From the NCBI GenBank assembly GCA_965153455.1, contig OZ234493.1:992001-1056000 (forward strand): DNA of 64,000 bases. The letters are read 5' to 3'. The stretch's first letter is position 1. Each line of letters starts with the position of its first letter. This stretch comes from Sphagnum compactum. Taxonomy: Eukaryota. The notes under the pieces are model-generated. The model did no database searches. It was not told the DNA's origin and was given only the letters and a program-made list of their open reading frames with translations. Positions 27,501-38,911 of this stretch are shown here, in pieces. The position numbers and the translations under genes were made by a program.

Positions 27501-29349
27501 CTACCTAAATGTCATACTTAAATTTTAAATTTTTTTCTCCCTGCTCACATAAATGTTCTAAACCCAAATTTTAACTAATTTATTGACCCTATAATCACTC
27601 TATATAATTAATCAAAACATTATTTCACAACCTTTCAATTTAGTTCATTTAATTTCGGTTTTAAGTTAAAATTTCAAATTGGTACTTTCGATCTCATTTA
27701 CTCCATATTAATATTGTTTTTGGCAATTGACATAGTTCCTTTCACTTTTCATGCATTGTTGCTTTTGTCAATTACTACAACTCATATGCAAGTATTGGAT
27801 TTCTTGGTCCTTTTCTTACTTATCAATTCATCTATAGTTGTCAATAACTATTGCAAGTCATCAATTGCTAAGTTTTTGCACTTCTTTAAACAATTTTTTT
27901 TTCTAAATTTTTTGCGAAATATTTGGTGCAATTCGTAATTAAATCTATTTGTTCTAAAATCTTTGATGGTTTGCAGTATAATTTGCAAATAATTGTTTGA
28001 ACTTATTTGTGCACATTGTGGTAAAAGCGTTATGAGACTTTTTGAAGCTTTATAATAAGTACAAGGTTTTCTTAATATACCAAAACCTAATTCATTTTGC
28101 ATTTCAAATTGCCTAACCATATCATATGGTTTCATCATATTATGTAATGATTTTCTTAAATTCACCTTCCAAAAAATATCTTAGAACCATAACATGACAA
28201 GCTACTTGTTTAAATTGTTCACACCTTGAAAACCTCCTTATTGTATGTCAAATTTTGCTATTAAGCCAATGGTTAACAAATAGCAATTGGTGGATCGTTT
28301 CTCATATCTTATATTGCAAAAAATTAAAAACAATGCAAAAAACTAAGATACAAAATAATATTAAACAAGGAATGTAGGAGCAATATGCCTTACTTGCATT
28401 CCTTAATTTTTGAAAATGTGCATGAACATGGTTCAAATATAATCAATTTTGTTAATAAGCACACAAGATATAGCACAAATTGATTGTTACTAAATAATTT
28501 TCCAAGAACTGCCCTATCAACATAGAAAACGACTTTGGAATGACTATAACAATGACTATAAGCACAATCTTTGAATAACAACAATGTAAAGAATGTGCTT
28601 AAACTAATGTTATGTTAACATCACATTGATAATTATGAAATTTGCTAACATGGCTAGAAAAAAAAAAAGGTTTGTTGATTTACCTATATGTTTAAGAAAG
28701 TACATAGAATGAAAGTAATTACACACATCATAAAAAATCAATACAAGTATGGAAGGTGAATACCATAAGGGAAAGAGGATAGAATTGTCCATTACAAACA
28801 AAAAGGCAATATGTGAGACTATCAAGAAGAATCTAGCCCACACAAAAGAACAATTGGTAATAGAACAAACAAACAATTGAAAAAAGACGTTAATAGATCC
28901 ACACATGTTAAAAGTGCTAAAAAAAAAATAGTATGACTTGACACCATAGAATTTGAAATGGTGATGGGTAGGATCCACAAGGGGAATTCAAAGGTAATCA
29001 ATTGCATGAGTATCATTTAATTAAAGAAAAATAGAACCTTGCAATTTTTGAAATGTATTTAGAATTAGTTGTTTAAAAAAAAATTAATATAAAAAGGGGG
29101 ACATCTTTTAGACCTTTCATACTTATAAACATTGTTGGCAAAAGGATATAAAAATGATCAATTAATGAAACGCTACCAATCAAATATAAACCAAAGCACC
29201 CAAAAAAGGGGGAATATAATGAACAAATTGGAAGAACCCACATCCAAGAAATCAAAAGAACCATCCAAGAGGGCGAACCACAAAGGGGACATCAAGTTCT
29301 CGAACCCCCTTTAGCCACGAGAAACATATCAAATAAAGAAAAGGGAGGA

Positions 29350-30000
29350 GTTTTTAAAAGGATGCCTAGAAAAACCTTCATTTGCTACAACAACTCATTT
29401 CAAAATAGAAACCACTTATGCCCACTGTAACACTACTAATACCCTTTGATTACAAAATGCACGCAAAATTGAAAGAGGAAAGCCTCTAGTGTATTTCGCC
29501 CCCCACACCATGTTGGCACATTGATGAAGAAACCCATGTGCTTGCTAGTGTAGAAACCCAAAAACCTTTATAGCTAGAAGGAGAAACATGTCCACTGGGA
29601 ACTAATGATGATAAAGACCATCCTTCGTCTGAATTGCGATTGTCAAAACAACTCCACAAGAAAAAACAACCAATAAAACCAAATCAATTTGAATGGGGTC
29701 AATGATGACAACATTTGCCAACGTGCAAACACCATCGACTGAAAGCACAATGTCGACTTGACAATGCGAAAACTATACAGCAAGGGGTGGAAGGACATGG
29801 GTCTGCTTTTGCAACATATGAAATAGTTGTGAAAACATCTTACACAATATCATGCGAGGTTGTCTTCTCCCCACCATGCATGCAATGAAAAATGTGAATC
29901 CCAATAGGATTCAAAGAATGGTTACAAATGCAATGTGACACCCCAAGTACTAAAGGATAGGAAAGACCCAACCTAATGCACAAAGCGATAAAAAATAATC
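29350..30000 (-). mobile_element. 3' fragment of an RLE-type (CRE/R2-group-like) non-LTR retrotransposon, degenerate
   Basis: Minus-strand translation RLGLSYPLVLGVSHCICNHSLNPIGIHIFHCMHGGEKTTSHDIV*D...QVDIVLSVDGVCTLANVVIIDP...K..Y....F..LA...FG matches the CCHC finger + RHD + PD..D..K restriction-like endonuclease layout. Confidence 0.65.
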
Positions 30001-31910
30001 TGAAAGCAAACATGAAACAAAAAAATGACTGGACAAACTAACAACCTATCAACTTGTTAGTGCAAACAATTGAAGATTACTATCACTTAAAGAAGAGAAA
30101 TTAATCTTTTGAATGTCAATCCCAATAATTGCTTTCCTTTGTTTGAGCCACTTGAATCACAGTGTAGAAAAAACACTTTAGAAAGAGATAAGTCAAACAA
30201 GGTAAGAAGATGCAAAATTTCAAAACTAGCGAAAGGAGAGAGTGTTTAATGATGACTAAATTTACTACCTTGGACACACCATCCACAACAATAAGGCCTG
30301 AGTATAAGTGAGTGAGCCTGTCCACACCAGCCCTCCTTTTTAAAGAGATCAAAAGCTAAAATAACACTGTTTTTTCCCATTGGGTGACAATCCGTGTCAA
30401 AAATCACAAGGTAGACTCTGCAGGTGGAATGTACAGATCCTACTTGAATTTTGAAGCAACCAGAGCAGCTGTTATAAATGAATCTGAATTTTGTTGGCCT
30501 GGGTTTTCTTAGTTTCATTTGGACATGTGCATTTAGAATTGACCATCAATACTATGTTGTGTCCAGTTCATATGATGGGTAGCACAATCCTCCTTGATAC
30601 ATTAATTTGTAAGAAGGAAGAAACCCTCCTAAAGAATCAACTTGAGCTGCTGGTGAATATAATGGAGTTGTGTAAGCATGCATGGCTACTATTGGCAATT
30701 TTTGCTAGGTGAAACTTTATACTGATATATGAAAACATGGTGCATACAATGCAGTGGGTTCTGTCTATTGAACCACCCAATACAATGGAGGAAGTTTTCT
30801 ACACCACAAACTGGGTCATGAGTCATGACTGTTGCATAAGGTTGGAGAGGGATCTCCTGGGACAGGAGATGTGAAAGACATCAGCTATGGGCAGAAAATT
30901 ACATAGTATTCTCTGAATTTCCCTTACATGATTGGATTGAGGACGAGAGCTAGACCAGTTGCTCTTCAAGCCTATTCGTGTCCAAAGTGAGATGGAGGTT
31001 TTCCAACTTGGATCAGGGGTTTTGTAGTTTGTAGACAGAACTCCTTGTCACATGATCACCCCTGGCACAAGTTGTCTCTCAAGACACATGTTGCCAAGTT
31101 TTATGGAGTTTGTTGTCACCTGTATAGCTTAAGTTCCCTAGATCCTATTCATAAAGTGTCAACTTTCAGTGCAGGTTAATTCGCTGGGTTGGCTTCCAGT
31201 GACCCTGCATTTCTGAGTTTTCCATCTTACTATTCTTCTCCTTCCTGTCCATGCATGTCTTCAGTCCTTGAAAATGAGCAGAAGTTCCTGCATGTCTTAA
31301 GCCCAGGAACATAATCTCTGCTGGGTTTCTTCATTGCAGGACACTTCCACAGTGAGCTCCAAGAAGATTGAATCCTGACCAGTATCTATAGTGAGAAGGC
31401 CCAAATTGACATGGCTGCAAGCAAAGGGTCTACAATCTCTCTAGATAAATACCATTCATGGTTAGGATTCCCAGTTTGCATTCAAAAACAGTGACCATGG
31501 TGCACTGTTGCTTTCTAAGGATTCAACATCAGTGACAGGATGGTACATAGGTTCTATCTTTGTATGTGGGACATAAGAACTAACTCTGAATCATTCATGC
31601 TGACTATGTGTGTTGCAGGATGAAGAAGTAGAATATGGGTATTACGTAGAAAAGGATGCAGAAGAAAAAACTTCTTGGGGATGTGAGTCATGAATTGCCA
31701 GGGAGTTTGCTGCATTTCTGCTCTGTAGCTAACTGACCAAATCAGGTTTAGTGTTTTGAGTCCATGCAGTCTTGTGTACTGCTGTCAAGCACTTCAGCAC
31801 TGTAGGAAACCTTTTTCATTGTCTTCATCATCCCTGCACCTGCCTTTGAGCAGTCCAATACGGTTGTGTGAGGCCTATGTGAGGGTGTATGGGTTGAATA
31901 AGGGTGGGCT

Positions 31911-32384
31911 TATTGGAAACAACTTGAAAACAAGCAAGAAATGCAACACTCAAGGTTCATGAAATGGAACAATTGTATTAACTAACAAGAAGATTACAAA
32001 GGTTGTATGCTTCAAATGCTACAATCATAAAACTATGGCTTGCAACAACTAATAAAGCTTGAAGGTTCTATGTGCACTCAACAACCATGAAAGGAAAGAA
32101 TGAAAGACAACTCAAAACCACTCCATTATATAATATCTTCTAACCCTAAAGTAGCCACCACTTAACCCTAACCTAGCCGCCACCAAACCCTAACCCTAGC
32201 CGCCACCAAACCCTAAACCTAGCCGCCGCCTAACCCTAACCCTAGCCGCTGCCAAACCCTAAGTAGTCTCCACTTCTAAACCATAACCTAACAACTACAA
32301 GGATGTGTATACTATTCATCCTTTTGATGAATGTTTAACACATTCATCAACATTGGGAATTAGAAACGAATAGTATTTCTAACA
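31911..32384 (-). repeat. 3' LTR of the copia element (474 bp)
   Basis: Direct repeat of 36886-37376. Minus-strand termini TGTTAG...CCAATA. Confidence 0.97.
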
Positions 32385-32394
32385 CTCCCACTCT
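32385..32394 (-). other. Polypurine tract of the copia element
   Basis: Minus strand AGAGTGGGAG abuts the 3' LTR and overlaps the pol stop codon. Confidence 0.85.
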
Positions 32395-35300
32395 ATGAAG
32401 TTTCTAATCCGAACATGTTTATCAACTTATGATGTCGTTCTTTAGATAATGCCTTAGTAAGGACATCCGCCACCATGTGTTCGGTTGTACAATATTCAAA
32501 TCGAACTTCTCCATTTTCAACTCGTTCTCGAACAAAATGATGTTGTACATCAATGTGTTTTGTTCGTGCATGGTGAGTGGGATTCTTGGTCAATGATATC
32601 GCACCTTGATTGTCGCATCGAATCACCATCATTTTCTTCTCCTCCATGTATCCTAAATCCATCATCAATTTTGTTATCCATATGGCTTCTTTTGTGGCTT
32701 GCGTGTTCGCCATGTATTCCACCTCCGTGGTGGACAATGCTATTGTGGGTTGTCGTTTGCTACTCCAAGAAATTGCTCCACCTCCAATCATGAAAACAAA
32801 CCCTGTGGTGGACCTCCTATCTTCAAGATCACCACCCCAATCCGCATCACAATATCCAAGAACTTCCTTGGATGGTGTTCCACCAAATTGTAATTTCATT
32901 TGCAATGTACCTTGCAAATATCGAAAGATTCGTTTGACGGCCATCCAATGCTCCATGTTAGGGTTCGCCATGTGTTGACTCAACACGCTTATTGGGTATG
33001 CCAAGTCGGGTCGTGTGCATAACATGGCATACATCAAAGACCCAACCGCTTGTTGATATGGAAATCCCTTTGATTCATCATTTCCATTCGCATTCCTTTG
33101 TAACTTCACCTTGGGATCCAATGGAACTCCAATGGGCTTACATTCCTCCATTCGAAACCGCTTCAATATTTCCTTGAGGTATTTGATTTGGTTGATGCGT
33201 AGGAGTCTTTCATCACGATTCCTTTCCGCCTCCATCCCCAAAAAGAAATGCAACTCCCCGAGGTCCTTCATTTCAAACTTTTGACTCAATTGCTCTTTGA
33301 TTTGTAAAAGTTTGTTCTGATCGTTGCACACCAAAATGAGGTCGTCCACATAGACCACAATGAAAAACTTCACATCTCCCACTTGTGCAACGTACACACT
33401 AGGATCCGCCTCACTCTTGATAAATTCAATGTTTTTGAGAAACGCATCTAACTTTTGATTCCATGCCCTTGGAGATTGTTTCAAACCATACAAGGACTTG
33501 TGAAGCTTACACACGAGATGTTCACCTCCTTGGTGCACGAACCCTTGAGGTTGCTCCATGTAAATCTCCTCTTCAAGCTCGCCATTGAAAAATGCGGTTT
33601 TCACGTCCATTTGATGGATCTCCATGTCTTCCAAGGCCGCCAATGCAAGAATACAACGAATAGATGCAAATTTTGCGACCGGCGCAAAAGTTTCGTTGTA
33701 ATCCACTCCGTAGGTTTGGGTAAAACCTCTTGCTACTAATCTAGCCTTGTAGCGTTCCACTTCCCCATTTGCGCCTTGTTTGATTTTGAACACCCATTTG
33801 CAAGAAACGGGTTTCCTACCGGCGGGAAGTGGTACCAAAGTCCATGTGTTGTTTGTCATGAGGGAAGCATATTCTTCTCGCATCGCACACTCCCACTCCT
33901 TGGAATTTTCACATGTCAATGCTTCTTCAATATTTTGGGGCTCCTCCAAAAATGCAACGGTGGCGCGCTCCACCTCTTTGGTAGCAATCCACCAATCCCG
34001 AGGCCATTCCCTTCGTTGCCTTTGAGGTCTTTCCCTCGCAATATCTTGTGAAGGTTCACAAGATGGGTTGTCATTGGAAACAACAAATTCCTCTTCCGAT
34101 GAAGAACTTGGTGTGGATTCACTTTGCACACCTTCCATTCTTGTTTCACTCAAAGGTCTATCTTGACTAAAGGCCAATGGTTCTTCTCCCTCAACTTCTT
34201 CATGCACAACTACATTTTCTTCTCTCTCAAGATGAGGTACAGCACCTATTTCCTTTGACCCTTCAATGAACACAACATCTCTACTTTTGATGATTCTCTT
34301 GGTTTTCACACACATCAAGCGATACGCTTTGGTGCCTTCGTAATATCCTAAAAACACACAAGGCATGGACTTGGACTCTAATTTGGTCCTCTTCTCATCG
34401 GGGACGTGTGCAAAGGCTTTACAACCAAAAACTCTCAAATGGGACACATCGGGTTTCCTACCACTCCACGCTTCTTGAGGGGTCTTGGAATCAAGAGCCT
34501 TGGTTGGACATCGATTTTTGATGTACACTGCCGTGTTCACCGCTTCGCCCCAAAATTCAAGTTCCAACCCTCGTGCAAGAATCATGCTTCTTGCACATTC
34601 CATGATGGTTCTATTGGCACGTTCCGCAACACCGTTTTGTTGTGGGGAATAGGGCGCACTTGTTTGTCGTTGAATTCCACATTCCGCAAGAAATGCGTCA
34701 AATTTCTTAGACACAAATTCTCCTCCGTTGTCGGAACGTAGCACTTTGATTTTGTGACCAATTTCGTTATCCACCAAGGCCTTGTATTGTTTGAACTTTT
34801 CAAACGCTTCTCCTTTGGCCTTCAAAAGATAGACATGAGTTTTCCTTGAGACATCGTCAATGAAAGTGAGAAAGTATCGCGCTCCACCATGCGATGTAGT
34901 CTTCATTGGCCCGCACACATCGGTGTGCACAATCTCCAAAAGTTGTGAAGCCCTCGTTGCTCCGTCCTTGGGAAATGATGTTCTTTGATGTTTGCCTTTG
35001 ACGCATCCTTCACAAATGTGATGCAACGGCACTTCTTTCAAATTCATGCCATCCACCATGGCATCTAACTCCTTAAGGCTTGCCATGTTGAGATGGCCAA
35101 GTCTTTCATGCCAAAGCATCGCACTTTCCTCCAAAGAATTTGCAATGTGTGCCATGTCCTTACGCACCTTCACATTAAGAAGGTACAAGTTCTTGTCCCT
35201 TCGTGCTTGCGCCACAACAACTCCTCGAGCATCGTTGACCTTACAACCATCCTTGTCAAACTCCACTTTGAAACCTTCCGAAATGAGTTTGCTCACCGAA

Positions 35301-36307
35301 ATTAGATTATTCTTCATTTTTGGAACATGAAGAACTTGGGTGATGGTTGTGTGTGTCAATTTGCCTCCCACTTGCATTGTGGCTTTGATGCTCCCCTTGC
35401 CAATGGCCTCCAAAACGGTGTCATCGCCCATGAACACCCTCCTTGGGGAAATGCGCTCGTACGTGGTAAACCATTCTTGTTCGAATGTCATGTGTTGCGT
35501 TGCACCCGAATCGACAATCCAATCATACATGGTATGATCATTGGCATTCAATGCCGCAACAAACATTTGTTCGTGATCTTCACAAGCTTGATTAACTTTT
35601 TCTTTTTCATCATTTTTCTTCTTCAAACAATTTCTCACAAAATGTCCGGGTTTCTTACAATAAAAGCAAAGTTTCTCATTTGGCTTGTGAGTTTTGTTCA
35701 CTAATGCGGTAGTCTCGGAATTCTCACATTCTTTTCTTTTGGACACTTCGTGAAGCAACCTTGCTACAACGAATTGAAGGTCTACATCTTTCGTGGACAT
35801 GGACTCCAAGCTTGTGACTAAGTTATCAAAGGATGGAGGAAGGCTCATGAGGAGTACCATGTAAACATCTTCATCCGTAATGTTCACCTCGATGGAACGT
35901 AGTTGGTCCGCAAGGGCTTTCACCGTGTTGATGTGCACAAGCATGTCATCTCCTTCTTGCATTTTGATGGTGAAGAATCTCCTTCGAAGGAACAACTTGT
36001 TGCCAATGGTCTTAGCTTCATGCACACCACAAAGAGCCTCCCACGCACTTCTCACATTGTCACAATATTGAATGTGTGCAAGTTGGGCATCCGTGAGATG
36101 TTCGCAAAGCAATGCAAAAGCCTTGGTCCCTTTTTCGTTGTAATCGGCCCTTGCAACTTCTTCACTTGGCAAGGTGGCACTCCCATCAACAAATTTCCAA
36201 AGCCCATGTTTGGAAAGCATCATGCGCATTTTGAACTTCCAAAGGTGAAAGTTGCCACCATCAAACTTCTCCATGACTTTCAAGGACTCCATTTGAAAAG
36301 AAGACAT
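32393..36307 (-). CDS. Copia Gag-Pol polyprotein, 1304 aa from the first ATG
   Basis: Zinc knuckle CFYCKKPGHFVRNC, protease WIVDSGA, integrase WHERLGH...CEGC with HTD/RSDNGGE/NGVAE, RT QMDVKTAF/YGLKQ/YVDD, and RNase H DADW...KHID. No internal stops. Confidence 0.97.
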   Translation of the reverse strand: MSSFQMESLKVMEKFDGGNFHLWKFKMRMMLSKHGLWKFVDGSATLPSEEVARADYNEKGTKAFALLCEHLTDAQLAHIQYCDNVRSAWEALCGVHEAKTIGNKLFLRRRFFTIKMQEGDDMLVHINTVKALADQLRSIEVNITDEDVYMVLLMSLPPSFDNLVTSLESMSTKDVDLQFVVARLLHEVSKRKECENSETTALVNKTHKPNEKLCFYCKKPGHFVRNCLKKKNDEKEKVNQACEDHEQMFVAALNANDHTMYDWIVDSGATQHMTFEQEWFTTYERISPRRVFMGDDTVLEAIGKGSIKATMQVGGKLTHTTITQVLHVPKMKNNLISVSKLISEGFKVEFDKDGCKVNDARGVVVAQARRDKNLYLLNVKVRKDMAHIANSLEESAMLWHERLGHLNMASLKELDAMVDGMNLKEVPLHHICEGCVKGKHQRTSFPKDGATRASQLLEIVHTDVCGPMKTTSHGGARYFLTFIDDVSRKTHVYLLKAKGEAFEKFKQYKALVDNEIGHKIKVLRSDNGGEFVSKKFDAFLAECGIQRQTSAPYSPQQNGVAERANRTIMECARSMILARGLELEFWGEAVNTAVYIKNRCPTKALDSKTPQEAWSGRKPDVSHLRVFGCKAFAHVPDEKRTKLESKSMPCVFLGYYEGTKAYRLMCVKTKRIIKSRDVVFIEGSKEIGAVPHLEREENVVVHEEVEGEEPLAFSQDRPLSETRMEGVQSESTPSSSSEEEFVVSNDNPSCEPSQDIARERPQRQRREWPRDWWIATKEVERATVAFLEEPQNIEEALTCENSKEWECAMREEYASLMTNNTWTLVPLPAGRKPVSCKWVFKIKQGANGEVERYKARLVARGFTQTYGVDYNETFAPVAKFASIRCILALAALEDMEIHQMDVKTAFFNGELEEEIYMEQPQGFVHQGGEHLVCKLHKSLYGLKQSPRAWNQKLDAFLKNIEFIKSEADPSVYVAQVGDVKFFIVVYVDDLILVCNDQNKLLQIKEQLSQKFEMKDLGELHFFLGMEAERNRDERLLRINQIKYLKEILKRFRMEECKPIGVPLDPKVKLQRNANGNDESKGFPYQQAVGSLMYAMLCTRPDLAYPISVLSQHMANPNMEHWMAVKRIFRYLQGTLQMKLQFGGTPSKEVLGYCDADWGGDLEDRRSTTGFVFMIGGGAISWSSKRQPTIALSTTEVEYMANTQATKEAIWITKLMMDLGYMEEKKMMVIRCDNQGAISLTKNPTHHARTKHIDVQHHFVRERVENGEVRFEYCTTEHMVADVLTKALSKERHHKLINMFGLETS

Positions 36308-36871
36308 TTTGAACACAAATGCTACAACAAACACTCTCAAACTTGAAAGTTGAAGTTTTCAACAACTAAAAGAACTATCTTCCAAACACTTTCACTTGGA
36401 AAACCTTGATACTTTCAAAAACAAGTTTTTCACACTTGAAAAACTTACAACACCTTGAAGAAATCTCTTCCACACCTCTCACTCACTTGTAAGACTATTC
36501 TCTTTGCAACCTTGCAAACTAAAAGCCTTCCCTCAAAAGGATTCTCCCTTTCAATGTTGTACAAGCAAACACTTTCAAAAAACTTAAACGAAACAAGTTT
36601 CCTAAAAACCTTTACAAGAAACTTGAAAAACTTTTCTTACACCTCAAACTTCAATGTTGGAAACCTCAAAAACTTGAAGAACTCTCTTTCACACTTTTGA
36701 ACTTCAAACTTGAAACTTAACGACTTGAAGAACACTCTTCCAAACTTAAGAACTTACAACACTTTGAAGAAGTCTCTTCCACAAAAGGATTCTCTCATTT
36801 TTCCTATGCAATACAAGCTCAAACCTTTCACTACTTCTTGTTCTAACACAATGTCCTTTCTCTTGCTTGGT

Positions 36872-36885
36872 GTGGGCCCATAACC
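36872..36885 (-). other. Primer-binding site complementary to the anticodon-arm region of initiator tRNA-Met (half-tRNA primer)
   Basis: Minus strand GGTTATGGGCCCAC directly follows the 5' LTR. The + strand GTGGGCCCATAACC matches, from memory, the tRNA-iMet anticodon stem-loop rather than the 3' CCA end. Confidence 0.9.
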
Positions 36886-37376
36886 TATTGGAAACAACTT
36901 GAAAACAAGCAAGAAATGCAACACTCAAGGTTCATGAAATGGAACAATTGTATTAACTAACAAGAAGATTACAAAGGTTGTATGCTTCAAATGCTACAAT
37001 CATAAAACTATGGCTTGCAACAACTAACAAAGCTTGAAGGTTCTATGTGCACTCAACAACCATGAAAGGAAAGAATGAAAGACAACTCAAAACCACTCCA
37101 TTATATAATATCTTCTAACCTTAAAGTAGCCACCACTTAACCCTAACCTAGCCGCCACCAAACCCTAACCCTAGCCGCCGCCTAACCCTAGCCGCCACCA
37201 AACCCTAAACCTAGCCGCCGCCTAACCCTAACCCTAGCCGCCGCCAAACCCTAAGTAGTCTCCACTTCTAAACCATAACCTAACAACTACAAGGATGTGT
37301 ATACTATTCATCCTTTTGATGAATGTTTAACACATTCATCAACATTGGGAATTAGAAACGAATAGTATTTCTAACA
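36886..37376 (-). repeat. 5' LTR of the copia element (491 bp)
   Basis: By eye it differs from the 3' LTR by 3 C/T substitutions and one extra 17-bp unit in the U3 repeat array. TATATAA on the minus strand at about 37107-37101. Confidence 0.97.
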
Positions 37377-38911
37377 GGGCTTCCATGCTGTGCACCTGCC
37401 CACTAAGGATTCGACAGTAGTGTCAGGATACCTGTCCCCCATGAGATCAACTGGCCTCTCACAATCTAGACAGCAATTGTGCATCACTGATCCAATTTGG
37501 TGACAATTTGGAACTCTGAACAAAGCTACTTATTCATTTCACCATTAGGATTGGAGTGTTTCTCAATCTGACCCACACACAGGAGCACGCCCCCACAACA
37601 TAAGAAATGAAGCATTCTGTGAAGTGTAATGTTTTTCACCTGGACATTGGCCCTGCCACAGGAGCATGGTTTGATTCGAGTGAAACTTCTTTTTGCTGAC
37701 TTTCTTGTCAATGTAGTGGCCCACTTGACCAGCAGAAATGGGAGCTCTACATCCATGTGTGTACCCACTCCACCCCAGACAAGCATATCAACAAAATCCT
37801 GTCATGATTTACCTCTCATTTCATACACTGCCCTCCATCCTTGCCTTGAAGCCATCGCCTGATGATGCCACAAGTGCTGCCCAGAAGAGAAGAAAGGAAC
37901 AACAAGACTCCAACCTTGAGATTCTGTAAGAAAATCTGCCGAGAATAAATGTCCGTGTTGCACTTCTAGTAGGATAAAAGACTGCACAGATGCTTCAGTT
38001 ATCTTAGGAGAGATAGGTAATTCTTTTCATGGGGAAATTGTTGGGTCAATTTGCTGATTCTTCAACATGAGTTCTTCAGTCCACTTATGGTTCATAACTC
38101 CTCCCTATGCAAATAGGTGCAAGGAGCTGCAGAGCTTGAAGGTCTGCTGCACAAAATTTTGTTGGCTCTCAAGGCCTCAAAAGACAAGAAGGAAATGGGA
38201 CATCACCTGCCATAACTAACCACCATCACTCTTGTGTCAAGCACTCTCTATTTATCTCTTCTCCTCTCTCCTGGAATCTCTCTTGCATGTGCAATCTTTC
38301 AACCCCTGTGAACACTCTTCTATCTCTTCCCCTCACCCAAACATGCTGCTGGATTCTTGAGCTGTCTCCAAAATTTGCACACCATCAATCCTCAGTTTCC
38401 GGAAAAAGAATTTGTGACCCACAGCTCTGTTCTTCCACCTTGTCCCATAAGCTCAAATTCACAACCAAGCTCATCTGGGCGAAGCAATTGATGCAGACTC
38501 AAGCACATACCACATCACTACAATACATTCACAAGACATCCATTCTGTCTCTCTCTGAAGACCATTGTATCATCCTGAAATCAGCATCCTAATTAAAGAC
38601 AGAAGAAATTTATCATTATATCCATCACTCATGCTAGTTACTTTAGACTCTTCCAGTATGGGGCACACAATTTTCACTAGGAGAAAATTCTACATGTATC
38701 TGAATGTTGGGTCATTGACACAAACTACAGGTGATTCCTGACCTTTATTATCAGTTGCATTTTCTGACAAAGGGTCTTCTAAGCCTTTAAAATGGCTGAT
38801 ATATTTCTTTTTAAAGGGATTATACAATTTGGTCAAGCTCTTTGTTACAAAACAGAAAGTTCTGCACCAAATCTGCAGTAGGCAGCGCTGACAAATAAAC
38901 CACTTCCATGA

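Larger units (their letters stand above)
31911..37376 (-). mobile_element. Full-length, structurally intact Ty1/copia LTR retrotransposon (5466 bp)
   Basis: Two near-identical LTRs, perfect 5-bp TSD GGGCT (31906-10 and 37377-81), PBS, PPT and an uninterrupted gag-pol with copia order PR-IN-RT-RH. Confidence 0.98.
18400..38200 (-). pseudogene. Decayed multi-exon protein-coding gene, family not recognised, interrupted by TEs including the copia element
   Basis: Chain of AG/GT-bounded segments with mostly compatible phases: 30417-30269, 24283-24220, about 24148-23710, 22977-22713, 22301-21869, 21706-21550, 20964-20867, 20771-20589, 19742-about 19490, 18561-18400 (TGA). They give protein-like text with scattered stops and at least one frameshift. 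Similar coding-like sequence continues at 30550-31900 and 37380-38200 on either side of the copia TSD. The 5' limit is uncertain. Confidence 0.5.

Noticed and set aside
24400-29300. AT-rich block with scraps of coding-like sequence
   Set aside because: Probably old TE debris, but no termini, TSDs or diagnostic motifs could be fixed.
32161-32262. TAACCC repeats as an interstitial telomere
   Set aside because: At most two consecutive units, interleaved with GCC motifs and part of both LTRs.
32485-36346. Many + strand ORFs over the copia pol, and off-frame or antisense ORFs over TCP and the LINE
   Set aside because: Shadow ORFs of real coding sequence.
37720-37850. Possible PHD-finger remnant (CMK*...LLICLSGVEWVHTW) in the gene relic
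   Set aside because: Several required Cys ligands are missing and the frame is uncertain.
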